Notes: generated by a model from the sequence alone, not told the origin. DNA of 64,000 nt from Desulfuromonadales bacterium (GCA_041677125.1 JBAYQP010000006.1:30480-94479); one strand, 5' to 3'. Numbered from the stretch's first letter, positions 9,637 through 18,672 are shown. Numbers and translations: made by a program.

Positions 9637-11034
9637 ATGGAAAAACGACAGATCGGCATCGATATCGATGGCCAGAGCATTCGCGTCGCCATCATCGCCC
9701 AGGACCGCGAATCGCTCATCGCCGTCGGCAAACGCGCCTACGACGGTCCGGAGCAAATCGGCGATGCACTACGGGAACTTATCGGCGACACCCGCATTTT
9801 CGGCGACCGGGTGGCGGCGGCCGTACCGGCCATGGAGAGCTTTGTCCGGCGGCTCACGTTTCCCTTCGCCGATCCGCGCAAGATCGAGCCCGCCCTGCGT
9901 TTCGAACTGGCGGCCCAGTTGCCGGTTTCGATCGAGGATTACACCACCGATTTCCAAGCCCCGCGCAGTACGGTCGATGATCAGCACCAGGTGACGGCGG
10001 CGGCGGTTCGCACTTCTTATCTGGAAGAGTACCTGAAGGCCTTCGACGCTTCGGGAGTCAACCTGCATGTTCTCGATCTCGCCCCTTTCGCCTTCGTTCG
10101 CGGCCTGCGCGAGCAATGCCCGGAATGCCTGCTGGCGCATCTGGGTGAGCAGGAAATTTCCGTATCGTTGGTCGAAGCGGGGCAAATCATCGATTTTCGT
10201 CTGCTGCCGGCGAAAATCGGCGATTCGCCGGCGGAACTGGCCCGCCAGCTGCTGCGCGAAAGCGCCGGCTTGCAGCGGGAAATCAAGCACCGCGAACTGC
10301 CCCTTTATCTCATCGGCCCCGGCGCCACGCCAGCCTTGCAAGGCGAACTGCAACAGGCGGGGCGGCCGGCCCAGACGCCAAAATTCTTCATGGAGGGCAG
10401 CGATATCGAGGCGGAATTTCTGCCCGCGGTCGCCCTCGCCCTGCGCGCCGGCGCGCCGGCGCGCGAGCGGGAGATCAATTTTCGCCGCGGCCGCTTCGCC
10501 CTGAAAAACGAGTGGACCGCCCTCAAGCGGGAGATGATCGCCGCCGTTGTCCTGCTGCTTTTCACCGGCCTGACGGTTGCCGGCGCCAGTTACCTCAATT
10601 ACGCCCACAAAGCCAACCGGGCCGAAGTCCTGGACCGGGAAATCAGCCGGGTGTTCAAGGAGACCCTGCCCAACTCCCGCACCGCCATGCAGCCGCTGCA
10701 ACAGATGGAGAGCAAAATGCGCGAACTGCGCGAGCGCGCCAAATTGATCGGGGCCGGTCAGCAAAACACGCCATTGATTGTCCTGCGCGAGATCTCCGGC
10801 AGCATTCCCGGTTCGGTGTCCGTCGATATCCGCGACCTGAGTTACACCCCGGATTCGGTGCGACTGGAGGGGGTGACCACCTCCTTCGACGCCATCAATC
10901 AGATTGCCCGCAGTCTGGAAAGTTCGCCTCTCTTTGCCGAAGCGCAGATCGCCGATGCCAAGATGAGCCTGGACAACACCCGGGTCGATTTCCGCCTGAA
11001 TCTTCTGTATAACGGCACAGGGGAAAGCCAATGA
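9637..11034 (+). CDS. gspL: Type II secretion assembly protein GspL (PilM/actin-like N-domain, TM, periplasmic C-domain)
   Basis: Start reassigned to ATG 9637. N-terminus IGIDIDGQSIRVAII resembles the PilM/FtsA-like fold. Has a central TM helix, and its position between gspK and gspM fits GspL. Confidence 0.7.
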   Translation: MEKRQIGIDIDGQSIRVAIIAQDRESLIAVGKRAYDGPEQIGDALRELIGDTRIFGDRVAAAVPAMESFVRRLTFPFADPRKIEPALRFELAAQLPVSIEDYTTDFQAPRSTVDDQHQVTAAAVRTSYLEEYLKAFDASGVNLHVLDLAPFAFVRGLREQCPECLLAHLGEQEISVSLVEAGQIIDFRLLPAKIGDSPAELARQLLRESAGLQREIKHRELPLYLIGPGATPALQGELQQAGRPAQTPKFFMEGSDIEAEFLPAVALALRAGAPAREREINFRRGRFALKNEWTALKREMIAAVVLLLFTGLTVAGASYLNYAHKANRAEVLDREISRVFKETLPNSRTAMQPLQQMESKMRELRERAKLIGAGQQNTPLIVLREISGSIPGSVSVDIRDLSYTPDSVRLEGVTTSFDAINQIARSLESSPLFAEAQIADAKMSLDNTRVDFRLNLLYNGTGESQ

Positions 11035-11561
11035 ATTTGCCGCAACTGAATCCACGGGAGCGTCTGGCCATCATCGTCGGCGGGCTGTTCGTGCTGGCCG
11101 CCATCCTCTATCTCGGCGTCATCTCCCCTTACCAAAGCACCCTTTCCCGGCTTGATGCCCGGATCGCCTCCCGGCAGAAACAGGTGCGGGAAATCCAGGC
11201 GCTGCGGCAGGATTATCTGCTACTGCAACGGCAACTGAACGAAGCGGAAAACCGCCTGGATAAAGCCACCGGCTTTTCTCTTTTCTCCTTTGTCGAGGCC
11301 AGCGCCACCCGCGAGGCCGGCAGGGAGAACCTCGTCTACATGCGGCCGCAAACCGGCTCCTCCCAGGAAGGTTTTCGCGAGGAGTCGGTGGAGATCAAGC
11401 TGGAGAAGCTGCGGCTCGATCAACTGGTGCGTTTTCTCTATTCCTTTGAATCGGCCGAGGCCGCGTTGCAGGTGAAAAACCTGCGCATTCGCACCCGCTT
11501 CGATGATCGTTCTTTGCTTGATGCGGTGATGACCGTCTCCATGTACGGGAGGGCCGCATGA
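11031..11561 (+). CDS. gspM: Type II secretion protein GspM
   Basis: ATGA overlap with gspL. Single N-terminal TM helix, about 176 aa, coiled-coil then a periplasmic domain. The call rests mainly on position and architecture. Confidence 0.65.
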   Translation: MNLPQLNPRERLAIIVGGLFVLAAILYLGVISPYQSTLSRLDARIASRQKQVREIQALRQDYLLLQRQLNEAENRLDKATGFSLFSFVEASATREAGRENLVYMRPQTGSSQEGFREESVEIKLEKLRLDQLVRFLYSFESAEAALQVKNLRIRTRFDDRSLLDAVMTVSMYGRAA

Positions 11562-12472
11562 GGTCGTTTCGCCTGCCACGGTTCATCCGGATGCCGCATC
11601 TGCCGGCGCCAGGTCCTCGCCCGCTGCTTACCTGGGAGCGGATGCGTTTTTATCTGCTCGGTCTGGCGCTGCTGATTATCGCCTTCTTCTTCGGCCTCTA
11701 TCTTTTCTTTCCCAATGAAATCATCAAGGAAAGATTGACGCGGGAAATCGCCAAAAGCGCCGGCATCGATGTCCAGATCGGCAGCCTGTCCCTGCTCTTT
11801 CCGCCAGGGATGCGGGCGGAAAGAATCAGCGTGCCGCTTGCCCTGCCGGATCGGCCGACCTTCGATATTCGTTCGGTCAGCGTGAAACCGCTTTGGATGA
11901 GCGCTTTCAGCAGCAATCCCGGCGCCGCTTTTCAGGCCCGACTGCTGAATGGAGAATTATCCGGCTGGACGCGCCGGGACGGCAGTATTGAAGTCGACGG
12001 GCGTCGGCTTGCCTTTGCCCAGGCCCTGGTCGCCGGCTCGGCCGTGGAACTTTCCGGGGTTCTCGACCAGGGAGCCTTTACTGGCGTTTTGCCGCCGAAA
12101 CCCACCACCGAAAGCCGCTTCGAGTTGGTCTTCGACGACATGCGGATCAATGGCATGGAATCGCTCGGGGTCGCCGACGGCAACATGATCCTTGGCCGGA
12201 TTGTCTGCAAGGGCGAAGGGCGGGGGAACAATTTTCGCGTCGAAGAACTGGCAGCAAGCGGCGGCGAAATGCTGGTCACCGGCAGCGGTTCGTTCATGCT
12301 CAACCAACCCGTCGAACGCAGCCGCATCAACCTGACCGTCACCCTGCGCCCGGGGGCGAATTTCGACCAAAGCCTTCGGGATCTGCTCAATCTTTTCGCC
12401 AACCCCGGCCGCGATGGCAGTTACAGCCTGCGCATCAGCGGCACCCTGGCGACGCCGGTTTTCGCCAAGTGA
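11558..12472 (+). CDS. gspN: Putative type II secretion protein GspN
   Basis: ATGA overlap with gspM. Single TM helix followed by a beta-rich periplasmic region, and it is the last gene of the operon. Assignment is by position and architecture only. Confidence 0.55.
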   Translation: MRSFRLPRFIRMPHLPAPGPRPLLTWERMRFYLLGLALLIIAFFFGLYLFFPNEIIKERLTREIAKSAGIDVQIGSLSLLFPPGMRAERISVPLALPDRPTFDIRSVSVKPLWMSAFSSNPGAAFQARLLNGELSGWTRRDGSIEVDGRRLAFAQALVAGSAVELSGVLDQGAFTGVLPPKPTTESRFELVFDDMRINGMESLGVADGNMILGRIVCKGEGRGNNFRVEELAASGGEMLVTGSGSFMLNQPVERSRINLTVTLRPGANFDQSLRDLLNLFANPGRDGSYSLRISGTLATPVFAK

Positions 12473-12547
12473 GCATTTGCGGTTGACAACCCACGGCCGG
12501 ATGATTAGGTTTTGCCGGACACGCATCGCAACCGATAAGGAGGCTCC

Positions 12548-14965
12548 ATGTCCGACGAGGACCCAGTGCTCGAGAACCAAGCCGCCAACAAAACGGAAAA
12601 TCGGCGAAGTGACGCCGGAGATCTGGTCCTCGCGACGGAGATTCTTCCCGACGGCCTGCCGATCATCCCCGTCCGGCCTCGTCCTGCGTTTCCCGGCATT
12701 CTGATCCCCATGTCCATCAGCGGCCGGGATCGGGTGGCCGCCCTCGACCGGGCGATGAAAACCCCCTCCCAGGCCCTGGGTCTCATTCTCGTCCGCGATC
12801 CCGAGGGGGAAGACACCCCGGAAAACCTGCACCGCTTCGGCGTTGTCGGCAAGGTGCTGAAAGTCGCCCAGGCCGACGAGGAGAGCGCCAATTTCCTTCT
12901 CAACTGCATAGAACGCTTTTCCGTCCAGGACCTCATCCTCACCGAAAAAGGTTTCTTCGCCGAGGTGCGCTATCACCACGCCACCGAGCTCTCGGTGAAT
13001 CCCGAGCTCAAGGCCTATTCGATGGCGATCATCGGCGCCTTGAAGGAGTTGGTGCAGATAAATCCCCTCTATTCCGAAGAAATCAAGATGTTTCTCAACC
13101 GCTCGAGCATGGACGACCCGGGTCGGCTGGCCGATTTCGCCGCCAACCTGACCAGCTCCGACGGCCAGGAACTGCAGAAGATCCTCGAGACGCTTGAGGT
13201 GCGCAAACGGATCGACCGGGTCCTGACCTTATTGAAGAAGGAGCTGGAAGTCTCGCGCCTGCAGACGAAAATCAGCAAGAAGATCGAAGAGAAAATCTCC
13301 ACCCAGCAACGCGAATTCTTTCTCAAGGAGCAACTCAAGGCGATTAAACGCGAACTGGGTCTGGAGAAGGAAGGCAAAACCGCCGAATACGAAAGATTTC
13401 AGGAACGCCTGGAAAAACTGAAAATGAGCGAGGAGGCAAAAAGCACCGTCGAGGAGGAACTGGAAAAGTTCCGCATGCTCGAACCAAACTCTCCCGAATA
13501 TTCGGTCACGCGCAACTATCTCGACTGGCTGACGATCCTCCCCTGGGGAAAATTCAGCAAGGATTCCTATAACCTCGACAAGGCCCGCCGGGTCCTCGAT
13601 CGCGATCATTACGGGCTGGAAGACGTCAAGGACCGCATCCTCGAATTCATTGCCGTCGGCAAGATGAAGGGGGATATTTCCGGTTCGATCCTGTGCCTGG
13701 TCGGTCCGCCCGGCGTCGGCAAAACCAGCATCGGCCACAGCATCGCCGAGGCGCTGGGGCGCCGTTTTTACCGTTTTTCCCTGGGCGGCATGCGCGACGA
13801 GGCGGAGATAAAGGGGCACCGGCGCACCTACATCGGCGCCATGCCGGGCAAGTTCATTCAGGCGATGAAAAGCGCCGGCACCGCCAACTCGGTGCTGATG
13901 CTCGATGAAATCGACAAAATCGGCGCCAGTTTCCATGGCGACCCCGCCTCGGCCCTGCTCGAAGTGCTCGATCCCGAACAGAACAGCGCCTTCCGCGACC
14001 ATTACCTGGATGTCCCCTTCGACCTCTCCAACGTGCTGTTCGTCGCCACCGCCAATCAGCTCGACACCATTCCGGCGCCGCTGCTCGATCGCATGGAGGT
14101 GATTCGCCTGTCGGGCTACATTCTCAAGGAAAAGGTGGAGATCGCCCGCCGCTACCTGGTGCCCAAGGCGCTCGCCAGCCACGGTCTGCACAAAGGGCAG
14201 GTGTCGATTCGCCGCGCCGCTCTGGAAGCGATCATCGACGGTTATGCTCGGGAAGCCGGTGTGCGCGGTCTGGAGAACCGGATCAAGAAGATCATGCGCC
14301 GGACGGCGCTGGAATTCGCCACCGGCAAGGCGGAGAAGATCGTCATTGGCCGACGCGATCTGGAAAAATACCTGGGCAAACCGGTATTCGTCGAAGAGGA
14401 AGTTTTCGAGAACATCCCCGGCGTGGTGACCGGTCTCGCCTGGACCAGCATGGGCGGCGCCACCCTGCAGATCGAGGCGACCGCCGTGCCGAGCAAGAAC
14501 AAGGGCTTCAAGCAGACGGGGCAGCTCGGCAACGTCATGGTGGAGAGTTCGGATATCGCCTATTCCTATGCCATGGCGCACCTGGAGCAGATCGGCGCGC
14601 CAGCCGACTTCTTCGACACCCACTTCGTCCATCTGCACGTCCCGGCCGGCGCCACGCCCAAGGATGGCCCCTCGGCCGGCATTACCATGGCCACCGCCCT
14701 GGCTTCGATGGTCACCGGCAAGCCGGTGCGCCGCAAGTTGGGGATGACCGGCGAGCTCACCCTTACCGGCCGCGTCCTGCCCATCGGCGGGTTGAAGGAA
14801 AAGACAATCGCCGCCCGCCGCGTCGGTCTGGAGAGTCTCATCTTCCCGGAAGGGAATCGGAAGGACTACGAGGAGCTTCCCGATTATCTGAAAGAGGGTC
14901 TCAGCGTGCATTTCGTGCGGGAATTCGACGACGTTTACCGCTTGGCTTTCGACGGAGCCGCTTAG
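12548..14965 (+). CDS. lon: ATP-dependent Lon protease
   Basis: LON N-domain, AAA+ Walker A GPPGVGKTS, and proteolytic Ser motif PKDGPSAGITMATAL. GGAGG RBS upstream. Confidence 0.97.
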   Translation: MSDEDPVLENQAANKTENRRSDAGDLVLATEILPDGLPIIPVRPRPAFPGILIPMSISGRDRVAALDRAMKTPSQALGLILVRDPEGEDTPENLHRFGVVGKVLKVAQADEESANFLLNCIERFSVQDLILTEKGFFAEVRYHHATELSVNPELKAYSMAIIGALKELVQINPLYSEEIKMFLNRSSMDDPGRLADFAANLTSSDGQELQKILETLEVRKRIDRVLTLLKKELEVSRLQTKISKKIEEKISTQQREFFLKEQLKAIKRELGLEKEGKTAEYERFQERLEKLKMSEEAKSTVEEELEKFRMLEPNSPEYSVTRNYLDWLTILPWGKFSKDSYNLDKARRVLDRDHYGLEDVKDRILEFIAVGKMKGDISGSILCLVGPPGVGKTSIGHSIAEALGRRFYRFSLGGMRDEAEIKGHRRTYIGAMPGKFIQAMKSAGTANSVLMLDEIDKIGASFHGDPASALLEVLDPEQNSAFRDHYLDVPFDLSNVLFVATANQLDTIPAPLLDRMEVIRLSGYILKEKVEIARRYLVPKALASHGLHKGQVSIRRAALEAIIDGYAREAGVRGLENRIKKIMRRTALEFATGKAEKIVIGRRDLEKYLGKPVFVEEEVFENIPGVVTGLAWTSMGGATLQIEATAVPSKNKGFKQTGQLGNVMVESSDIAYSYAMAHLEQIGAPADFFDTHFVHLHVPAGATPKDGPSAGITMATALASMVTGKPVRRKLGMTGELTLTGRVLPIGGLKEKTIAARRVGLESLIFPEGNRKDYEELPDYLKEGLSVHFVREFDDVYRLAFDGAA

Positions 14966-15018
14966 GCTTTCCCGCCCGAAGAAGCATTAAATATTACCTT
15001 CGAGGAGCAAACTTTCTC

Positions 15019-15255
15019 ATGACCGTTGCCGATCTTCAATCCGCCGTGCTCTCCCTCTCCGCCGAGGAGAAGAAAACCTTCATCCTGGAAACCCTGCCAC
15101 CGATGGCGAAAGAGGCCATGCAGGATCCGTCCTTTCTCCTGCAGCTCTTCCCCATTTTTCTCGGCATCCTCCGGGAAAGCGGCATCGATCTGCAGCAGCT
15201 GATGCAATTCGCCGCCATGTACGGCCATTCCTCGTCGGGGGGGAACGGCGGTTAA
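15019..15255 (+). CDS. Hypothetical small protein (78 aa)
   Basis: ORF with plausible composition that fills the gap after lon. No recognisable motif. Its stop shares a TTAA tetranucleotide with the convergent GGDEF gene stop. Confidence 0.4.
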   Translation: MTVADLQSAVLSLSAEEKKTFILETLPPMAKEAMQDPSFLLQLFPIFLGILRESGIDLQQLMQFAAMYGHSSSGGNGG

Positions 15256-16478
15256 TTGCCGCTGCCCGATTTTTTCCCCGGTCCCTGGCACACTCGATTG
15301 CGCCCCTCCTCTTTCGCCCGGTAGAGCGCCTTGTCCGCCGCCTTGATCACCTGCTCGGCGCTCATCTCCCCCTGTCGTCCGGCAACGCCGATACTGACAG
15401 TGATCTGGAGTCGTTGCGTGCCCCGCTTGGTCGGGACGCGCTTCGGCGCGTTTTTCGGGCGCGATGGATGGCGAAGGATGAACTCCGCCGCTTGGATAGC
15501 CTGGCGCAGCTTTTCCAGGTGCGGCAGGGCTTCGGCCATTTCCTTGCCGGGAAATAAAAGGGTGAACTCCTCGCCGCCGTAGCGAAACGCCTGCCCCCCG
15601 CCGGAAATGCGCGCCACCTCTCCGGCCACCATTTTCAGCGCCTGATCCCCCACATCGTGGCCAAAGCGGTCGTTGACCTTCTTGAAATGATCGATATCCA
15701 CCATGGCGACCGTATAGCGCCGCCCGAGCCGGACCAGACTTTCGCTCAGCGCCCGGCGCGCCGGCAGCCCGGTCAATTCGTCCTTGTAGGCCATGCGATG
15801 CGAGGTCTCGATCAGCGCCAGCAGCAGAATCAGCCCGGCGGTGGCAAACCCGAGGGTCAGATCGAAACCGGCGCACCCCAGCGCCAGGGGCAGACAGGCA
15901 ACGGGCAGAAACCAGAAAAATCCCCCTTCCACCGGATTGGGGCGAACAAAGAGGCGAAACAGCAGGATGCCGCCGGCAAGCAGCAACACGATCAGGACGG
16001 AATGCGGCAGGGTTTTCGGCAACAGATCCGGAGGCGGCCAGGAAAACAGCGGCAGATGGATGGCCGCCAGGATTTCGGCCGGCCTGTCCTGAAGATAGTA
16101 GGCGACGATGAGCGGCTGGGCGCCGAACTGGAGAACCAGCCGGGCAAGGCCCCGGCGGGTGAACAACCCCCGTTCGGAAGACAGGACGATCCAAACCAGA
16201 TTCAGCGGGACCAGCATCAGGACGGCCGTCGCAACCGGCAGCGTTTGCGGCGCCAGCGCCAGGGCGCGGTCGGCCATAACCAGCAGCAGGAGGGCGAAAA
16301 CAATGCGACTGCGATTGAACCGCCAGCCGAGCAGCAAACCAGCGATCACCACGACGGCGGGGTAAAAGGGTAAAAAGGAGCGGGCCGCCGGCGGCAGTTC
16401 GACAAAAAAGAAGATGGTCGTTCCCAGCAGGAGGACCAGCCCCCCGGGGATCATCAAGGACGAAAATATTTTCACCAT
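15252..16478 (-). CDS. Membrane-anchored diguanylate cyclase (GGDEF domain)
   Basis: Multi-TM N-terminal half and a C-terminal GGDEF domain with an RYGGEEF active site and the DIDHFKKVND motif. Confidence 0.9.
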   Translation of the reverse strand: MVKIFSSLMIPGGLVLLLGTTIFFFVELPPAARSFLPFYPAVVVIAGLLLGWRFNRSRIVFALLLLVMADRALALAPQTLPVATAVLMLVPLNLVWIVLSSERGLFTRRGLARLVLQFGAQPLIVAYYLQDRPAEILAAIHLPLFSWPPPDLLPKTLPHSVLIVLLLAGGILLFRLFVRPNPVEGGFFWFLPVACLPLALGCAGFDLTLGFATAGLILLLALIETSHRMAYKDELTGLPARRALSESLVRLGRRYTVAMVDIDHFKKVNDRFGHDVGDQALKMVAGEVARISGGGQAFRYGGEEFTLLFPGKEMAEALPHLEKLRQAIQAAEFILRHPSRPKNAPKRVPTKRGTQRLQITVSIGVAGRQGEMSAEQVIKAADKALYRAKEEGRNRVCQGPGKKSGSGN

Positions 16479-16677
16479 GGCTCCGCATCCGACGGCAATT
16501 TCCCGCCGGCATAAAAAGGCAACCGCAAGCGTTGTTCCTGTTGCGTGAATTGTGCCATCCAGGTGACGGAAATTTCGCCGTTGACGAAAATGCCTTGAAA
16601 CTGTTAGCTTATCTGGATGGCCGAGGGCCTTCCCCAGGCAGAATCAGCGGTCTTGCCAACCCATCTTTTCCGGTTCT

Positions 16678-16725
16678 GCGGTCCCGGGCCGAGCTGATAA
16701 GGCCTGGGCGCTCGCCGCGGTTTTT
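16678..16725 (+). promoter_or_regulatory. Terminator-like hairpin plus U-tract inside the trpS 5' leader (candidate transcription attenuator)
   Basis: GCGG-U-CCCGGGCC / loop / GGCCUGGG-CGCUCG-CCGC gives 12 bp including one G-U pair, followed by GG-UUUUU. It lies 34 nt upstream of the trpS ATG. No upstream plus-strand gene exists for it to terminate. Confidence 0.4.
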
Positions 16726-16758
16726 CATCCACTGCATTTCCCATCGAGGTAATAGCAC

Positions 16759-17724
16759 ATGCGCATCCTATCCGGCATTCAGCCTTCCGGCTCCCTGCAT
16801 CTGGGGAACTATTTCGGCATGATGAAAAAGATGGTCGAGTATCAGGAACAGGAGGATCTGTTCTGCTTCATCGCCAATTATCACGCCATGACCTCTGTGC
16901 TCGACGGCAAAACGCTGGCTCGGGGGACAATTGAGGCGGCGGTCAACTTTCTCGCCCTGGGAATGGATCCGGAGAAGAGCACCTTCTGGGTGCAGTCCGA
17001 TCTGCCGGAGGTGCAGGAATTAACCTGGTTTTTGTCCACCTTTACGCCCATGGGGCTGCTGGAGCGCTGCCACAGCTATAAGGACAAGGTGGCCCGCGGG
17101 ATCGCCGCCAATCACGGTCTGTTCGCCTATCCGGTGCTGATGGCCGCCGATATCCTGATGTTTCAGAGCGACCGGGTGCCTGTGGGGAAAGACCAGAAGC
17201 AGCATTTGGAGGTGGCCCGCGACATCGCCATCAAGACCAACAACCATTTCGGCGAACTTTTCGTCGTCCCCGAACCGGATATCGATGAAGAAGTGGCCAC
17301 CATCCCCGGGCTGGATGGGCAGAAGATGAGCAAGAGTTACGGCAATACCATCGATCTTTTTCTGGAGGAAAACGCCCTGCGCAAGCAGGTGATGCGCATC
17401 GTCACCGATCCGACGCCGGTGGAAGACCCCAAGGATCCGGACAAGTGCAATGTCTTCCAGATTTACCGACTGTTTCTGAACAAGGAAGAGGAGGCTGCGC
17501 TACGGCGGCGTTATCAGACCGGCGGTCTCGGCTACGGTGAGGTCAAGCAGGAGTTGTTCGTCCGTATCCGCGATCATTTCGCCCCCTTCGCCGAGCGCCG
17601 CCGGGAATTGCTGGCCAATCCGGACCACATTCGCGCCATCCTGGCGCAAGGCGCCGAAAAGGCCCGCCATGTCGCCGGCAAGACGATGCGCAAGGTGCGC
17701 AAAAAGGCGGGGCTGGCTTACTGA
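16759..17724 (+). CDS. trpS: Tryptophan-tRNA ligase
   Basis: Class I signature GSLHLGNYFG (HIGH-type) and KMSKS. Length of 321 aa is typical of bacterial TrpRS. Confidence 0.97.
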   Translation: MRILSGIQPSGSLHLGNYFGMMKKMVEYQEQEDLFCFIANYHAMTSVLDGKTLARGTIEAAVNFLALGMDPEKSTFWVQSDLPEVQELTWFLSTFTPMGLLERCHSYKDKVARGIAANHGLFAYPVLMAADILMFQSDRVPVGKDQKQHLEVARDIAIKTNNHFGELFVVPEPDIDEEVATIPGLDGQKMSKSYGNTIDLFLEENALRKQVMRIVTDPTPVEDPKDPDKCNVFQIYRLFLNKEEEAALRRRYQTGGLGYGEVKQELFVRIRDHFAPFAERRRELLANPDHIRAILAQGAEKARHVAGKTMRKVRKKAGLAY

Positions 17725-17924
17725 CCCGTTTCGGGCGTGGAATTCTTTGCTGGTTTTTCGTCACGGGTGAACAGGACAAAGGCCATGGCCGGGCGCTTGC
17801 TCGATTCGCGCATGGCAAACTGCATCCCCTCGAAAAGCCAGCCGGCGGCGCTCCATTCATTGAGAACGCTCTCCAGCTCTTCGTCGGTCACCACGCTGAC
17901 TTCAACCACTTTGTAGCGAATCAT
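17718..17924 (-). CDS. DUF4177-like small protein
   Basis: 68 aa starting MIRYKVVEV... with a W..EGW pattern typical of the DUF4177 family. Overlaps the trpS 3' end by 7 nt (convergent). Confidence 0.65.
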   Translation of the reverse strand: MIRYKVVEVSVVTDEELESVLNEWSAAGWLFEGMQFAMRESSKRPAMAFVLFTRDEKPAKNSTPETGQ

Positions 17925-17950
17925 CTGTTGCGCTCTCCTCAGGAGGCATT

Positions 17951-18220
17951 ATGCCCATTTCCGGCAGTCCGAAAAAAATAGCCCAGGATGTGGCCGAAGG
18001 GTTTTTCACGATCTCCCCGCCCTTGCTGCGCCAGTACACCCCCGCCGATCTGAAGATCATCATGTCCCATTTCGGAATCGTCACCCGCGAACTGCGCCAG
18101 GTGCAGATTCCCCTGGAAGACGTTATCGCCTTGAAGATGAAGAATATGAAGCTTTCACGCCTCAATCAGGCGGAGGTGATGGTCCGCGCCTACTGCAAGA
18201 AAAAGAGAATCCCCATCTAG
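17951..18220 (+). CDS. Hypothetical protein (89 aa)
   Basis: ORF with an AGGAGG RBS 5 nt upstream of the ATG. No motif recognised. Confidence 0.45.
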   Translation: MPISGSPKKIAQDVAEGFFTISPPLLRQYTPADLKIIMSHFGIVTRELRQVQIPLEDVIALKMKNMKLSRLNQAEVMVRAYCKKKRIPI

Positions 18221-18465
18221 CCCCCGCGGCATTTTCCCTGCCGCAGGTCTTCGACCGCCGGAAAGTAGCACATAAAACCAGCTTCTGCCCAGAACAATTG
18301 TCTCTGCCCCACCCAGATATCAAATCCTGCACTATTTACTCCATAAGATAAAACGGTATTTTGCATACCTTATCGCGCATTTCTAATCCTTCCGCAAACA
18401 CTGGTATTTAATCCCTTTTCCGGTGATTTGGCAGGTAAACATACGACTGGCGGGAAAATTTTCGG

Positions 18466-18493
18466 TTGACATGGCTTTAGAACAGCATATTAT
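18466..18493 (+). promoter_or_regulatory. Candidate sigma70 promoter for the DUF485-actP operon (TTGACA-16 nt-TATTAT)
   Basis: Near-consensus -35 (18466-18471) and -10 (18488-18493) in an AT-rich intergenic region. The spacer also holds a GG-N10-GC (TGGCTT-N5-CAGCA) arrangement that resembles sigma54 spacing. Confidence 0.35.
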
Positions 18494-18672
18494 GTTGCGA
18501 AAAATCACCCATTAAAAAGAAAAATTTACCAAGGCAGACCTTCGAACCGCCCTTCCCTCGGGGCCGACCGTCTGCGGAAGAGGAGGTGAAGGTTCTCGTT
18601 CAGGCCTGGCTTATTTCCTCACTTGATTTCTCTGGAGAGAGAAACTGCAACAGAAGAAAGGAGTAACACGTT

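Noticed and set aside
13229-14911. 560-aa minus-strand ORF opposite lon; similar long antisense ORFs at 3959-5122 (gspE), 9769-11055 (gspL), 33516-35093 (HD-GYP), 51946-54141 (copA) and 57874-59232 (DUF748)
   Set aside because: Each is antisense to a gene with unambiguous catalytic motifs. Their compositions are Gly/Arg/Asp/His-rich with no recognisable domains, so they are GC-driven open frames.
14962-16512. 516-aa alternative-frame ORF over the GGDEF gene, and the 62096-63202 368-aa ORF
   Set aside because: Both are Pro/Arg/Gly/Ala low-complexity products. The competing frames carry real domains (GGEEF; Wzm N-terminus).
16532-16640. T-box Stem I/specifier assignment for the trpS leader (UGG at 16614-16616; GGUGACGGAA at 16561-16570)
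   Set aside because: I could not build a consistent K-turn, specifier loop and antiterminator bulge by eye, and the T-box 14-mer match is poor. It is kept only as a hypothesis inside the leader finding.
16617-16697. 26-codon ORF (MAEGLPQAESAVLPTHLFRFCGPGPS) in the trpS leader that ends in the loop of the terminator hairpin; considered as a Trp leader peptide
   Set aside because: It contains no Trp codons, so classical ribosome-mediated Trp attenuation is not supported. The 96-aa track ORF 16532-16822 also lacks coding character.
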